Source: Vicinamibacterales bacterium (GTDB lineage Bacteria; Acidobacteriota; Vicinamibacteria; Vicinamibacterales; UBA8438). From it: DNA of 64,000 nt. Positions within the stretch are counted from its first letter, which is position 1. Every line of letters begins with the position of its first letter. Positions 62,943-64,000 of the stretch are shown piece after piece. A program made the translations under genes and the position numbers. A model generated the notes under the pieces. That model was not told where the DNA came from. It was given only the letters and a program-made list of their open reading frames with translations, and searched no databases. The stretch lies in contig OZ220728.1 of assembly GCA_965116845.1 (NCBI GenBank), forward strand, positions 4,333,268-4,397,267, read 5' to 3'.

Positions 62943-64000
62943 GCCGGAAAATTCGTGAGGGGTGCGGTCTCGGTAGAGACACAAGAGCCTCCGTGTGCTA
63001 AACGCTGTTGACTACGGGTGTTTTCGGCACGACGGAGGCTCTTGCGTGACGGACCCCACGATAGCACAGACTGTTCTGTTCCCGGATCTGTTCGACAAGC
63101 CGCTCGTGGCGACGTTCGACCGCGAGCAGGCGAGCTCGGGTGTTCGGCATCGCCTGCGGCCATCCCGACGGCAACGATTCGGACCGGCTCGCCGACGACC
63201 CGATTCACAAGCTGCTGCTCGGGCGCGACCCGGTGGCGGGCGGTCGGCTGGCGTCGCAGCCAACGGTCTCGCGGTTCGAGAACGGTGCGGGCCGGGTCGC
63301 GCTCTGTCGGCTGGGGCGCGAGCTGGCGGCTGCGGTCATCGAGCGGCATCGCCGCCGGCTGCGCGGGCGGGTGCGACGCATCACGATCAACCTCGACCCG
63401 ACCGACGACCCGACGCATGGCGCGCAGCAGCTGACCCTTTCAACGGGCACTACGACAGCTGGTGCTACCTGCCCTTGCTGGCCTTCGTGAGCTTCGACCG
63501 CGAGGTCGAGCAGTATCTGTGCGGGGCGGTGCTGCGGCCGGGCAGCGCGCAGGCGCCCGACGGAACGCTGGGCGTGCTGTGTCGGCTGCTCGCGTTGCTG
63601 CGGGCGGCGTTTCCCAAGGCGCGCTTTCTCGTTCGGCTCGACGGCGGCTTCGCCTCCCCGGAGGTCTTCGATTTCCTCGATCCCGAGCCGCGGCTCGACT
63701 ACGTCGTGGCGATGGCCAAGAACGCCGTGTTGTTGCGGCTGCCGAGCCCGTCATGGTGGCGGCCCGCACCGAGAACCTGCTGCGTGAGAAGACGGCGCAC
63801 TTCTACCTCGACACCCGCTATCGCGCGGACTCGTGGGCTCGTGAGCGCCGCGTGGTGATCAAGGCTGAAGTCGTGAGCTCAGCGGCCGGCAGCCGCGCGA
63901 CAACCCGCGCTTTGTCGTGACCAATCTGCGCCAGACCCCGCGCTTCATTTACGAGAAGATCTACGACGGGCGCGGCGACATCGAGAACCGCATCAAGGAA
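62943..64000 (+). mobile_element. IS1380-family element copy 2, heavily decayed, runs off the window end
   Basis: The left end and 5-prime region align with copy 1 (AAGAGCCTCCGTGTGCTAAAC..GTTTTCGGCAC..TGACGGACCCCACGAT). Relative to copy 1 it has an internal deletion of about 130 bp near 63138 and frame changes near 63440, 63740 and 63890. Confidence 0.8.

Overview
High-GC bacterial chromosomal window (about 70% GC by eye, not computed). It is almost fully coding: about 55 protein genes and 1 tRNA, with no rRNA and no CRISPR array. All product calls come from recognising family motifs in the supplied translations. No database or HMM search was possible, so family names are informed recollection, not search results.

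Layout:
(i) 1-4.35 kb holds IS debris: an apparently intact IS110-family transposase, a second frameshifted IS110-family copy, and an N-terminal IS21 IstA fragment.
(ii) A TonB-dependent receptor, then a single-polypeptide GAF-PAS-HisKA-HATPase-REC-OmpR/wHTH signalling protein.
(iii) A 13-kb co-directional minus-strand run (13.0-26.2 kb) of exported redox and hydrolytic proteins. It contains an MBL lactonase, a cyclase-family hydrolase, a GMC oxidoreductase with a Tat small subunit, a Sec-exported ankyrin protein, a DUF1592-family/DUF1552 pair, and an HAO-family octahaem cytochrome c with a NapC/NirT tetrahaem partner.
(iv) An LPMO-like protein with N-terminal His, an esterase and a TauD dioxygenase.
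(v) A PSD1 (DUF1549/DUF1553)/DUF1501 pair bracketed by about 81-bp imperfect direct repeats.
(vi) A translationally coupled lipid-modification supercluster resembling furan-fatty-acid biosynthesis genes: membrane desaturase, DUF1295, two CFA-synthase-like methyltransferases, FAD oxidoreductase and DUF1365.
(vii) A PQQ dehydrogenase, a DUF481 barrel protein and an exported HpcH-type aldolase.
(viii) A MoxR-DUF58-VWA (Bat-like) operon carrying several in-frame tandem repeats.
(ix) tRNA-Glu(UUC) followed by two decayed IS1380-family copies whose left ends face each other across a lower-GC AraC-family regulator gene.

The PSD-type gene pairs suggest an Acidobacteriota/Gemmatimonadota/Planctomycetota-like host (inference only). 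No recognisable prophage, CRISPR-Cas or known defence-system genes were seen.
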